The translations under genes were made by a program, and so were the position numbers. Of a DNA stretch of 64,000 nt, positions 1-12,327 are shown piece by piece; position 1 is the first letter of the stretch; each line of letters starts with the position of its first letter. The stretch covers positions 12,276,001-12,340,000 of the forward strand of contig OZ059897.1 in NCBI GenBank assembly GCA_964057225.1, written 5' to 3'. The notes beneath the pieces are model-generated. The model had not been told where the DNA came from and did no database searches. It saw only the letters and a program-made list of their open reading frames with translations. The DNA comes from Auanema rhodensis (Eukaryota; Animalia; Nematoda).

Positions 1-200
1 ATTGAACTGATTGTATTTGTGTAAATAGCAAAGGAACTATCACAATAGATGTAATCTAAAATATCAAAAGCTTAAATATTCATAATATTTATAATTAAAC
101 TCACTAAAGCAGTTACAGTGATAACTGTACCGACAATTGCTAATTTTTTATAAGCACGAACTTCATTTTCTGCTTGTATTAAATCTTCTTTGTCACCCAT
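1..200 (-). CDS. Cuticle collagen, 5' end (runs off the window start)
   Basis: Spliced translation MGDKEDLIQAENEVRAYKKLAIVGTVITVTAL|ITSIVIVPLLFTQIQSVQ is a typical nematode Col_cuticle_N type II anchor. GT-AG intron at about 56-104. Gly-X-Y repeats would lie outside the window. Confidence 0.7.
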
Positions 201-3200
201 GAAAACCTATAATATACAAATAATATTATTTTTATAAATAAATATTAATAGAATACTGTCAATATTATAACAAGAAAGAAAGAATAAAATACTTAATATA
301 TAAGATTTATCTTTACAAAGTTAAAATCTCCTACAGCCTAACGTTTAACTAAAATATGTCTTTAGTTATTTACCAACTCTTCTATTCTTATAACTATTCT
401 TTATATAGCCAGTTTCTTTTTAGCTGAGGTACTGTCGGATGACACGAGAGGGACGTAGTAGAAACTCCGCCCCGAACCGGGCATCTGAAACTGTGTTCTC
501 ATCTTATTTGCCAAAAAAACATTGCCATTTAAGGTGGTCAGTGAATCGTTTTTTTTCCGGAAACGTCATTGGAATTTTTGATTTGATGATGCAGTAATTC
601 AGTCTATACATTTCGAGTTATTTTTTTATGAATCATTATATGTTTTTCAAATATAATATTATCTATATTCTTTCAATTAGATCATATATCTAAAAGAAAA
701 TAGCATTTTCAATTATATTTCTTTTTGGGACTTTAAAATAACAAAAAAAAAGTGAAAAGTACTGAATTTCAAATAGAAATTCTTCACATTTCAGTTTCAT
801 TGCTTTAATATCAGCACCCTTTTCATTTCACTTTTCAGATCATTTCTAAGAAATTAAGTACTTTTTTTTATAATCTCCGTTAGTTTTAAAGACGTAACTT
901 TTAGAATAAACCATTAAAGGAATAAAATTTTCTAAAATTAATGAAAATGCCGTTTTTCAAGTCAAATGTACAAGAGTGCAGGTACTAGTTCAAACTTTTT
1001 TTTGAACTTAAAACTTGTCCAAACATCAAGAGGATGATCTAGGTACGTAAGATCAAACTTTTTTATATTCTCTCAAATAAATTTTATTCTTTTAATATTT
1101 TTTTATTTATTACGTTTGATGTTCAGCGAATTTCAGAACTTACAAAATGTTTTTAGCCCTATTCATATATCACTGGACTTAAAGTAAAATTGTCGTAAAA
1201 CCACTCAATTTCACTACAAAGATCAGATACAAAATAGAAAAATGAATTATAACAGGTTTTTTCAAAGGTTACAGGTCATTTTATTTGTAATTTTTTTAAT
1301 TATTTACATTTAAAAAAGCTTGTAATATTAGCAAGAGTAGCTAAAAATAAAGAAGACACACTGTTTCAGTTAAGAGTTTCCCATTCATTTTATCATTTTG
1401 AATTATTTAATCTTTTATATGTTCGATAATTTAATTTAATTTAAAATTGTTCAAAACTGAGATAAGAAGCTTTTTAGATGTAAATTGTATTTGTTCAACC
1501 TCTGACTGTTAGAACATTTGTTGAATAGAGTTCCAAGTACTACCGATCTTGAAAGGTCATTGCGTCTATCCGGAATTTTAACTTCTAGTCCTTCATTCGT
1601 ATTGTTGACCGTTCTTCTTCTACGACAAGCTATCTATCTCTGTTTCTCTCATTCGACCTCTGCTTTCTGTAGTGTATCCTCGCGAAATTCTCTCACTCGT
1701 CCGTCAACCGGCTCAATTTGCTTTTTGCTCTCCCATCTCTACTATTTCTCTGAAATTTTCTGTTGTATTTTCAAATCATTCAGCCTATAGCAAGGTTCGT
1801 CGAGACTGTTTCCAGATTGTTGCTTTTCTCCTTGTTGCAACCTCATTCATTTTCTTTTCTTGTTCAACTCTGTCGCTTTGACTTCGTTTTTCCATCTAGT
1901 TTTGCACATTTCATTGTCCACTATGTTTTAGTCTTTTTCTCCTCTTATTCTCTCACAAACTGATCTGTTTCTCTAACCATTTCCATAGTCAGGAACATCG
2001 ATTGAATAGCTTGACATATCATTATTCATCGTTGATTGTTTTTATTCCTCCAAATTTATCCACCTTGTATAGTTAAAAATCCTTTTCGATTTTTTGATTT
2101 TTAGTCGACTATACTTTTATTTTTGATTAGAACATTGTTATTTAGAATATAGAAGTTCTATCGGATAGTTCGTACTGTCCTCGTTATCTTGCCGGCCGTA
2201 GACATTCCAACGACATTTTCAACACTCTATTTAGAATAGCACAAATGTATACTGAAGAGCTCTTACATCAAGAGCTTTTTTGATATTATTAGAAATTCAT
2301 TTTTATTTTTATACTTTTTATTCTGATTGATATGACTCTCCTATTTGATTCACATACTTTAAGACTTCTTCTCTCTAATAGGCCTGTGATATTCGTACTC
2401 CCAACGCTTTGCCAAACAACGATTTTTAGCAGCTTCGTAGTCTAGTATTAAATTTTTATTATAAAACCACTTGATTATCATGCCTTTTCGTCAAAAGACC
2501 AAATTATTATTCGTTTAACTCTTATGAGAGTTGAAGTACACTTTCGAAAATGACTCTTATCAAAGATTATTTTACATTTTCAAACAATTATAGGAAATAT
2601 ATAAAATGGAATTGGTTAATTCTTTGCAAAATTTATATTAATATATATATATTTATTTAGATTTATGAATACTTATTTTATTGATAAGGTTTCTTTATAT
2701 TAAATGATATGGTCATAACATTTATATATAAATGTATATTTGGATATGGATATATCAAATCTATTTTATTTCTGTATTTTGTTCTATTTAAATGATTATA
2801 TTGACTATTTTTTTTGTCTGTCTTTCAGAGAGAAAAAACGTTCCAATTCAAGAATCAAATAAAATAAAACTTTCCTGTTTACCTTTCCAGAAATAATTGG
2901 CCTAACAATCAATAAGTTCAATCTGCTAAGCACTCCTACTGACACCTGATTGAGCGAATGACAAAAGTATGAAGTATTTCGTCTAAAAATGAATAAGCAC
3001 ATCCACCCTGGTCATGACAAAGGATGACAAAGATAACTGAAATGAGAAAAGTGAGAAGGAGACATAGAGAAGGAGAGATAGAAAGAGAGAGTAAAAGAGT
3101 GCAGCAAACTGAAAAGGAGGCGTTGAAGTGGACAAAGCTTTAACGATCGTGCAACCAAAGAATGAACTGCATCTTGTGACCGTACGGAAGCCAAGCTACA

Positions 3201-3688
3201 ACGTTTGCTTTCTTCTTCAGTTATGTTACTCAGTGATTAGTGAGTATGTTCTTCATTGATATTTTTTGTGTTTTAATTCAAAATTTACATCATTTTCTTA
3301 TCAACCTCAGATGTTGCTCAAATAGATAAAAACTTTCAAAGTGATCAAAATATAACATAGTATTAAGACATAATCGGCCATCGGTCATTGTCTCTATTTT
3401 TCCCATTTTAATTAAATATATTTGGATTTTATTTTTGATCATATTCTTAACAATATATCTTTAACAAACTATATAAAGATATGTTTGTCTAAAAATGGAT
3501 GATATTCTCATTTTATAGTTCTGAGAGTATGGCATTGTGTGGAATGTGCACATGATTGTCTGTCATGTGTAGTAAAGTTCAGACCAATTTATATTGTCCA
3601 CACGTTTTTAAGTATTTGGTTTCTAGTGTGATTACATATATAAGATTTCTGTTTAAATGTTGTGCTTAGAGAAAAGATTACTGACCAT

Positions 3689-3721
3689 TCTCTCTTTCTC
3701 TCTCTCATTTCCTCTATTTCA

Positions 3722-3781
<60 letters not shown>
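3689..3781. repeat. (CT)n microsatellite
   Basis: Long imperfect CT dinucleotide run seen directly. Confidence 0.95.
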
Positions 3782-3784
<3 letters not shown>

Positions 3785-4484
3785 TTTCATATCTCTCTAA
3801 GTTCGATTCCAAAAAGAGAAATATATATTGTAGAATCGATTATGCAAAATCAATGTTCTTTTTGCTCTAGATCTTTCATTGCACCTTTTTTCATGTAAGT
3901 ATGAATTATTTAGACTTCATCGGTATTCTTTTATATGTCTCATTTACTTTTTTAATTTTAAAGTATTTCTATTCTCTGTTCATAACTCTCTTTTTACTCT
4001 TGACGATTAGTCAATTTTTTTGTTTATGTAGCTTAATTCAATACAAAAGTTTGCAATAAACCAACGAAAATTTCACTTAAATGTTATATATATCTTTATT
4101 CTCTTTATTCTATTTCTTATATTTTCTTTATTTTGTATTCTTGATATTTATATTTTTATATTTCGCTTTTAAGTGAAGAAAAAGAGACTATAAATGAAAG
4201 AATGTAAGAGAATAAGAGAGAAAGATAAGGTAGAAAAAGAAATAGCAACCGTTGTTTCAAAGTATGTGGAAATAACGAAATGAACACGCAAACTAGTTCA
4301 CGTCAGTCTTGGCGTGTGTATGTAACAAAGCCTTCTGAAGGAGAGAACATTACGTTAAATGTATAAAAGATGTTAGAAAACTCTCTCAGTCTTGATAGAA
4401 AGAACCTCAGAACAGTGATCAGAAAGCAGAAGTAAAGAAACAAATTTTGAATGGAATACAATTTACTTAAAGAATAGAGACTGT

Positions 4485-4573
4485 GAAAGAAAAGGAAGAT
4501 TGATAGAGAGGGAAAGAAAAGGAAGATTGATAGAGAGGGAAAGAAAAGGAAGATTGATAGAGAGGGAAAGAAA
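4485..4573. repeat. 27-bp tandem repeat, about 3.3 copies
   Basis: GAAAGAAAAGGAAGATTGATAGAGAGG three times plus a partial copy. Confidence 0.95.
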
Positions 4574-4857
4574 GTAAGTGTGAGAGAGAAAATATAAAAA
4601 GGAAGGGAGGGAAAAAGAGAGAATGAGAGAGAAAAAAGAAAGGAAGAGAGGATGCAGACAAATCAGTTTCCCTTCTTTTTTCTATATGCTTGTATAACTT
4701 TGTGCTCACGGCAGCTTATAACCATGGGCAACCGAATCTCATCTCTTTTACTACTAAGCCGACATTTCTATAGAAGAATACTTTTCTCATACGCTCTTAT
4801 TTTACGATTATAATACGATTTAATAGTTTATATTTATCTTTTTTCTTTAGCAAAAAA

Positions 4858-6751
4858 ATGACATCATCCGACATAACTGATTCAGACAAACAGCTGATAG
4901 CTCAGCTCCGTGAACTGCTGAAAAAGGCAAGTAAATGTTAATATTACAAAAAAATATTTAATTTATTATATTCATATGTAATATAAGAATTATTGTTAAT
5001 TTTTCGGAATTTTTTAGGAATTAGAGCTTGTACCAGCATATTCAGATGACTTTTCTCTCATGAGATGGCTGATTGGTTGGGAAAGAAAAATCAGTGAGTT
5101 ACCGATAGAAAAAAATTGTTGAACAGAAGAAAAATATAAAAATCAATTAATTATCTGATAGATCATTGTTCATAACAACATTTTGGAAAAGATACTAAAC
5201 ATCCTTACAACATCTTATCAATATACTATAATGGTCAAATTTAATTGTTTTAGATGTAATTGTTCCCAAACTCCGATTTTCTTTGAAAGCTATACATGCT
5301 CTTGGATTAGATACATGTGATATGAGTACTTATGAAAAGATACAAGAAAAATGTGATTCATATTCAAAGCCACTTCAATCATTACCTGGTAGAATCAATG
5401 TTTCATTATATTCAGTTCAATTAATATATTCAGGATCAGTCGTTGGTATGGATAAGGAAGGAAATGTTTTATCCATTCAAATGATTGGACGATTAGATGC
5501 TCTTGGTTTGATGCAATGTGCCCAGAATAGTCATCTATATAAGATGAGAATAGCAGAAAGTGAAGGTGTTATGCAAATTATCAGGTACATATATAGTTAT
5601 AAATTAATTTATAAGTTGAATATTGTTAAAGAGCTGAAGAAAAGAAGTGTGGACATCCATTAGGCACTTCTGTTATTTTTGATCTCGAAGGAATCTCTAT
5701 GAGTCAATTTGAACTGAATGCTGTTAAAGTTGTCACAACTATGTTGAGTCAGTTACAGGTACGTGCATTTTGAAAAAAAAAATGTATATATTGGATCGTT
5801 TTATATATATACGCATCTACTTTTTTATATAATTATTTTCGTTCTAGGAGCTTTTCCCTGATGTTGTCCGCAAAATTTTCATTGTTAATGCTCCATCGTT
5901 TATTCAAGTTTGTTTTTTTATTTGTTTTATACATTCTTTTGATAGTGGCAACTCTATTCTTCGCTCACTCGTTCTGATTTTTATAGTAAAATGAAATTTT
6001 TCAGATTATTTGGGGAATGGTTTCACCATGCTTAGCAAAGCAAACTCAGCAAAAAGTTAAAATTCTAGGAAATAATTGGAAGGAAGTACTTAGGGTAACT
6101 CTATCTTTCAATTTTAGAAACTATTAATTTACACCTTTTAAGGAATCAATTGGTGAAGAAGTTTTATTTGAGCATTGGGGTGGAACTAGAAAATCAGATT
6201 CCGAGTATGGAAATGTACGATTAGGAGGAAAAGTTCCAATGGAAATGAGGTTTAAAATTTCTTTTAGATAAAAACTAATTATAAGTTTCAGGTATGATTC
6301 ATCAAATGACATTGCTGTTGAAAAATTAGATAAGCATGTTATATCTGCTAGAAGTGTATCATTCATTCCAATCATACTGACTGGTACTTTTCTAATATTA
6401 TTTCAACTTGAATTCATTTATTCTATAACAGATCACGTAGAAGGAAGAAAGTTAAAATGGTTCTGGAAGTTGGATGCCCATGATATTAATTTCTGCGTTT
6501 ATCGATCAGCTCCAGGACAGGAAAAGGTTGCCGAACATATAGATGATGATATGCTAGAACCAAAATTCAGACTCCAAACTGAATTCGTGCCAGAACAGGG
6601 AATGGTGAGATAGCAATAAATATATCCATAAAACTCCTTTTGTTATTTATAGGTTCTGGCGGAAGAGCCAGGTGTTTATAAATTTGTTTTTGATAATACT
6701 CATAGTACATTACGGTCAAAAACAATTCGTTACTGTATCACAACGTTATAA
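4858..6751 (+). CDS. SEC14-like CRAL-TRIO + GOLD domain lipid-transfer protein (multi-exon)
   Basis: Exons read MTSSDITDSDKQLIAQLRELLKK|ELELVPAYSDDFSLMRWLIGW, GMDKEGN..IGRLDALGL, FPDVVRKIFIVNAP, LFEHWGG and the GOLD motif PGVYKFVFDNTHSTLRSK. Intron 1 is GC-AG. Confidence 0.9.
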
Positions 6752-7142
6752 AACGTTTTGTATGGATTCTCAGCATTGTGCAATAAAGTTTAAATGTGAT
6801 AATTATATTTTTTTCTGTAATTAAAGCTTTGTATATTTGCATAAAATGTTTCTAAATATGATTATTGTAAAAGAAATAAGAAGCATTGTAACAAGCCATC
6901 TTAAAATCGGTTTTGTTGTTTTGGACAAATATTTCAGCTAAAATTCAGAATATTATTGATGAGAAACGTGAATTTTATTCGATAAGGGAGACACACAAGA
7001 TTATAACCCAGAATACGTAAATAATCAGAAACAATAAGCATTAATAGCAAAAAACTTCGTTAACGACTTTTTAAACTGTATCAAACAGCTTGAAGAATAA
7101 TATATTTTGTAGTCTGCTAAAGAAATTATTCATAACAAACTC

Positions 7143-7915
7143 ATGAAGCTACGAACAACTTGTGTCATCATAGCAGAATGCTTAGTACTCATTGCTCTTA
7201 TTATGGAATCTTTATCCCTTTTCAAGCTAGGTAACATATTTTATTCAAAATTTAGTTAATACCCGTTAAGATTGGTTTCTTGGTGCCAAGGTTAGGGGAA
7301 TATGCTGTGGTCAGGTTTGAATGCATCAAATTTTATGTATCTAAGTATATTTTGTAAGCAAACGGTTATTCTCATAGTAACTGAATACACTATGCTCATA
7401 CTAATCAGCGTTCAGACTGCTACAGCAATATATGGTATTTGTATCCTGTACGAGTTGATTCAAATACAAAAGCACATTAATTTTCTGCAGAAAAGTTACT
7501 CAACGTGATAAAGAATCCAAAATAATATTTCTATTTTTCCTATGTATCATGATTTGCACAGGACTTAATTCCTTTGTATTAGTATATTTTGGTTCTTCAT
7601 ACAAGGAAATACCCTTTTTACTATTGATTACCGGTGAGCAAGTTTATATTGAGTTGTATACAATGAAATACTTACAGAGCGAAAAGTAAGCAGATTTCCA
7701 AATTGGAAAAAAATTGAAACACTTATTTATTATTTTAGGTTCAGCTCTCTTCTGGTTTCCAAGCAATGATATTTTCAGCTTTAGCAAATTTATTAGCTCT
7801 CTTCTTTAGTGCTCACTTCCTTGACACTTCTACAAAAATGCCAGTTGTTGCTGGAAATAATATTAAGAACGTCACTTCCTCATGCAGGATTACAGTAGAC
7901 CCTACCTCAAGTTAA
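7143..7915 (+). CDS. Small 4-TM claudin-like membrane protein (tentative model)
   Basis: MKLRTTCVIIAECLVLIALIMESLSLFKLDWF followed by three more hydrophobic segments across short GT-AG introns. The model needs an 8-nt microexon at 7678-7685. Confidence 0.5.
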
Positions 7916-8064
7916 GGTTTAAAAGATAAAATTTTAAAAAATAAATAAGCGCATTGTTTACTACTTATTACACAATGTTAAAAGAGACAATGTAATACAC
8001 AGGGTTCACTTGAGTTTCAAACATGAATGCTACATTACCTATAAATTAAGGAAAAACGATAAGC

Positions 8065-9411
8065 TTAAACGAAATGCTTATTGCTGGCATAAAGCTGCTG
8101 GTCAACTCCTACAGCAACAGCACCAACTTGTTCACGGAGGAAGAGACGAGCTCCTCTCTTCAAATTGTTAGGACAAAGGTAATCATAAGCAGATTGCCAA
8201 GTATCGAAGGATGGAGAATATGGCAAGAAAGACACTGCCAAACCTTAAAAAAGAAAGCATTAAATAGTTATATAATTACTTGATAGAATTTACCTGATCC
8301 AGCAACAGCCATGACGTTGCTAACAACAGTGTATGGGTAAGACCAAGAGTTGACAATGAATGGAACAGCAAAATTCAAGAATTTTTGAATTTCTTGAGCT
8401 TCCTGTAATCCACAAATATTATTTATATTATATTGAGAGAAATAACCTTCTTGCTATTTTCATCATCCTGCTTATCGTACAAGCCAGAATGCTTCAAAGC
8501 TCTAGTTCCCAGATATCCCAAGGAGTGAACACCCCATACAACGATTAGATCACCAATAAGTTGTGGAATAAGTCCGCTAGAAAATATCCAACTATACACA
8601 CAATTTTTTGATTAAAAGAACACCTGAAAAGTCCTCCTGGGCCTTCCTCAACACCGATGAGTTTTAGACTGCTGAAAACATTTGTGTACTTGCACTCCTT
8701 TCCGATCAATTGAGCAACTTGGCGAACAGCAATAACTAAATATATATATATATATGTGTGATTAGCACTGTGGATAATTATTAATACCGGTGAATGGTCT
8801 GGAAACAACTGTGGCTCCAACACGGACAAAAGAAGCACGCACAGCATTACGAAGGTGAACACGGAAAGACTCATGATCTGTCATATCTTTTTCTTCAACA
8901 TCCTTAGAGACTTCTGCTCCTCCAATTTCGGGATAATGTTTGTTGATATACTGTAACAAACATATTCATTCATAGAATCATTTTATACAACACGTTTTCA
9001 ATGCTGTTAGAAGCAAAACAGTTAACCAAAAGAGCAACACAAGCTGAATCCAAGCCGGTGTAAAGAATGGAAAATCCATGTTGAGTTGCCAATTGCTTTC
9101 CTAGACATAGATTTTAAAAAAACACCAACGAATGGCTAACTGACTCACCATAAGAGAAAGCATTTGGAAGGAAATAGGCATTTCTTCCAGCAACAACAAA
9201 GAGTCTTCCTGATGAAAGAGGGAAAGGTTCATGTCCAAGTTGGATCAAAGTTTTTACACATTGAATAGGGTATGTAGCAGCGCTAATAGCAACCTTTGCA
9301 ATTACACCCTTGACGAAATCTTCCTTAAATAGCAAAATATAGAGAACAAAAAATATAGGAAATCACTTCTTTCTTGTTCATTCCCATGAAAGTATCGTTA
9401 GCTTCAGCCAT
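8065..9411 (-). CDS. mtch-1: Mitochondrial carrier homolog (MTCH2-like)
   Basis: KTLIQLGHEPFPLSSG..YFLPNAFSY, SRPFTVIAVRQVAQLIG, YPYTVVSNVMAVAGS and KRGARLFLRE are MTCH-type motifs. Confidence 0.92.
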
Positions 9412-9928
9412 GATGTAAATGAATATATCTAAAAATTAAAAAAAATAATACATATAGCAAACTGTTAAAATCTCATGTACAACCAATTTAAAGAAAAACT
9501 ATTTCTTGAAAGTTAACGGCTGCGACCGCTAAGTACCGCTTTCCGATAGCTCCGCCCCTTTTGCCGCATCGCACACAGTTTTTTAGGGCAGGGTTCAACA
9601 ACGGCAGGCTAGATATTACTAACATTCGCGGTGTTTAGTTTAGACGTAAAATGAAGAATATGGATTTAGAACAAAAGAAAATGAGCTTATTTCTGTTATT
9701 TCTTGAGTAAAGGGAATATTTTTTCATTCATACTTCAGAAACTGTGTGCTGCCAAAGCAGTAAGAGTAGCATTGCGGCTCTAGAAATAGCATATGAAAAA
9801 TTATATATATATTATATGTGGATATATTACACATGACGATGACTATCCATATATGAAACAAGTAGAGTCAAAAAAGATTTATATAAAGTTCTATACATAA
9901 AATTTGTTATTATCACAGAAAATAGTTT

Positions 9929-12137
9929 TCATACATTATAAGAGCAATTTAATATTTTCCTTAGCTGTTCATCTACTTGATAAAATTGAGAAAGGGATAC
10001 ATGTTCAACATAACCCACAAATGGATCGCTAGCTGAAGTAGCTAAAACAAAATTTCCATTACCGGGGACTACCGCATTTTTTTCCTAAAATATCAAAAAA
10101 TCGAAATAATATTATGTAATGTAACTTACAATTGACTGATATTCTTTCATTGAGTAGGATTCGTCTATGAATATTCTACCTAATATACAACAAGGAGAGA
10201 ACTCGGGAACTCTTCTTCCTAATTAATTAATTTTAAGAAATATAAAGAATAATGTAAAAGAACCTGAAAAGTGTGTTTTTATAGTAGCGTCAAGCTCGTC
10301 CACAGTGCATGAACGATTATCCGAAGCAATAAAAACAGGCCCTTTAATTTGAACGTTCTGAGAGAAGCGGAATATTCTACAATTGATAATTTGAGTTCTT
10401 GCATGAGATTAAGTTAAACATACTGGATCACACCATGAGCAACTAAGGTAGCCAACGGTTGAGATAGAACTACCACATAGCCTTTGTTATCTACTTCAAA
10501 GCTGGAGATTTCACTTTCAATTAAACCATTCACATTCACATTTCGAAGGATATGCATATTTGCAGGGAATTCTTGTCCATTAATTTTATCATACTAAAAA
10601 AAAGAGTTCAAAGAAAAAATGAGTCTAAGAAAATATACCTTTGGGACGAATCCTTCAGGGACCCATTTCGAATCTAATGCACTACTATGCATAGATTCCG
10701 CAGCTTGTCTCCTGGCATCAGATTTTTGCAAAATGTTTTGGATAACAGGATCAGTATTGATATTAATGGAATTATATTCTTTTTTCTAAAAATTTAACTC
10801 TTCATTGAATATTAATTATCTTTCTCATTACCTTCTCTTCTAAAGTTAAATTAGAAATATCCAGGTTAACTACGATATTACGTCTTTCTTTATTTCTCAT
10901 GTTTATCAGCTCATCTCTTCTTTGTTTGATACGATCACGTTCCTATAACACTAATAATCATTTGGCAATCGGGAAAAGAAGTACAAAACCTCAGCTGAAA
11001 GAAAAGCACTTTTCTCTATTGATGAATAATCACATTGAAGATCATTAACTTTCGTTTTTCTTTCACTATAATATTAAATTGTAAGTGGAATTTCTTCACT
11101 AAAATCGTACGAATCAGCATCAGCTTCAAGAAGTTTATTCGTAAACTCTGCGGCTTTAGCAAAATCGGATCCAAAAGAAGAAAGGCATAAGTCCTTAAAA
11201 CCATATATAACGAACAGTTCATCCAATAAGGAAATACCTTTCCTTCAGCATCAGTACCCATCAGCTTTTTATATAGTTCATTACTGGCACGAGATCCTCT
11301 GTCTAAAACCTATAACACCAATACTAAAATAACAAATTACTCAGATCTAGCATACTTCCCGCTCTTCACGAGTACAGACTAAAGTTCCACAGCTGAAACA
11401 GGGTCCAGATCCTTCCTGCTTGCACACTATTCTTCCACATCCCATGCAATTTCTGATCAAAGCATGAATACGCGCTTGACATTTGCATAGATGTCTACCT
11501 TAAATAATAGTTCGATGTATAAAAAATGCCTTAAATTTCATTTCAAAAGTTAATTTTGACAAAATTGGTTATTCGTTTGTGTTCAGAACTGAACTGAACT
11601 ACTTAACTAGGATCAAAGAATTTGTGTAAATGAAATAGAAACTAGGGACCTCGCAGTTTGTAAAGAGAAATCGTTGGAAATTTGCAAAAAAAAGTTAATA
11701 CAAAAGCAAAATTGATGCACTTTATCCAAAATCTCTGGTTAACATTCTTGTAGACGATAAACTATTCAAAAAGAATTTATAAAAAATAAAAAAAACCGAA
11801 AATTGATAACACGTTTTCCTAACGAAAGGTTTTCATAGCAATAACTTTCAGCCATTTTTTTCTTATAAACTTATGATTAGAAAGCAATAAATATTTATAA
11901 TATTTACGATTTTCACGCTCAGAAGCTCATCAGCATCATTCATATTCATGATTAACTTTAATGATAGGAGCACATAACAGAAGAAGTATAATATTAAATA
12001 GATGACAATTTCAAATTTTAATTTTTACCAGGTCTGAGTTGGTCAATGAGTGCCGATTCTAATTTTGCTGCCAACGCATTTCTATTGGCAGAACCTGATT
12101 TGGTTGTTCCTTGATTCTTATTCTTCCCCTTCGCCAT
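9929..12137 (-). CDS. TRIP4: Activating signal cointegrator 1 (TRIP4/ASC-1): C2HC5 zinc finger plus ASCH-like C-terminus
   Basis: Exon 1 ending LIDQLRP splices to GRHLCKCQARIHALIRNCMGCGRIVCKQEGSGPCFSCG. The C-terminal DKG-like/QPLATLVAHG/GPVFIAS segments are ASCH-like. Confidence 0.85.
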
Positions 12138-12327
12138 AAGTGAAATGTCTTAATTAGAAATAAATTTGAATATCAAGTGATATAGCAGAAAAATATTCAT
12201 ATAGAATATACTATAATGAGTAAAACTAGAACAAAAAAACATATTAATATGATTTAAGAAATCTTCTGCAACGCCGTGCAGCAGTGGCATTGAACAAGCA
12301 AACCCGAAGTCATATATACAATGGAAG

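Noticed and set aside
424-435. CTGAGGTACTGT shared with about 22092-22103
   Set aside because: Only two 12-bp occurrences. It may be a promoter motif but cannot be supported.
1518-4709. Leu/Ser/Phe-rich ORFs
   Set aside because: By-products of CT/AG-rich low-complexity non-coding DNA.
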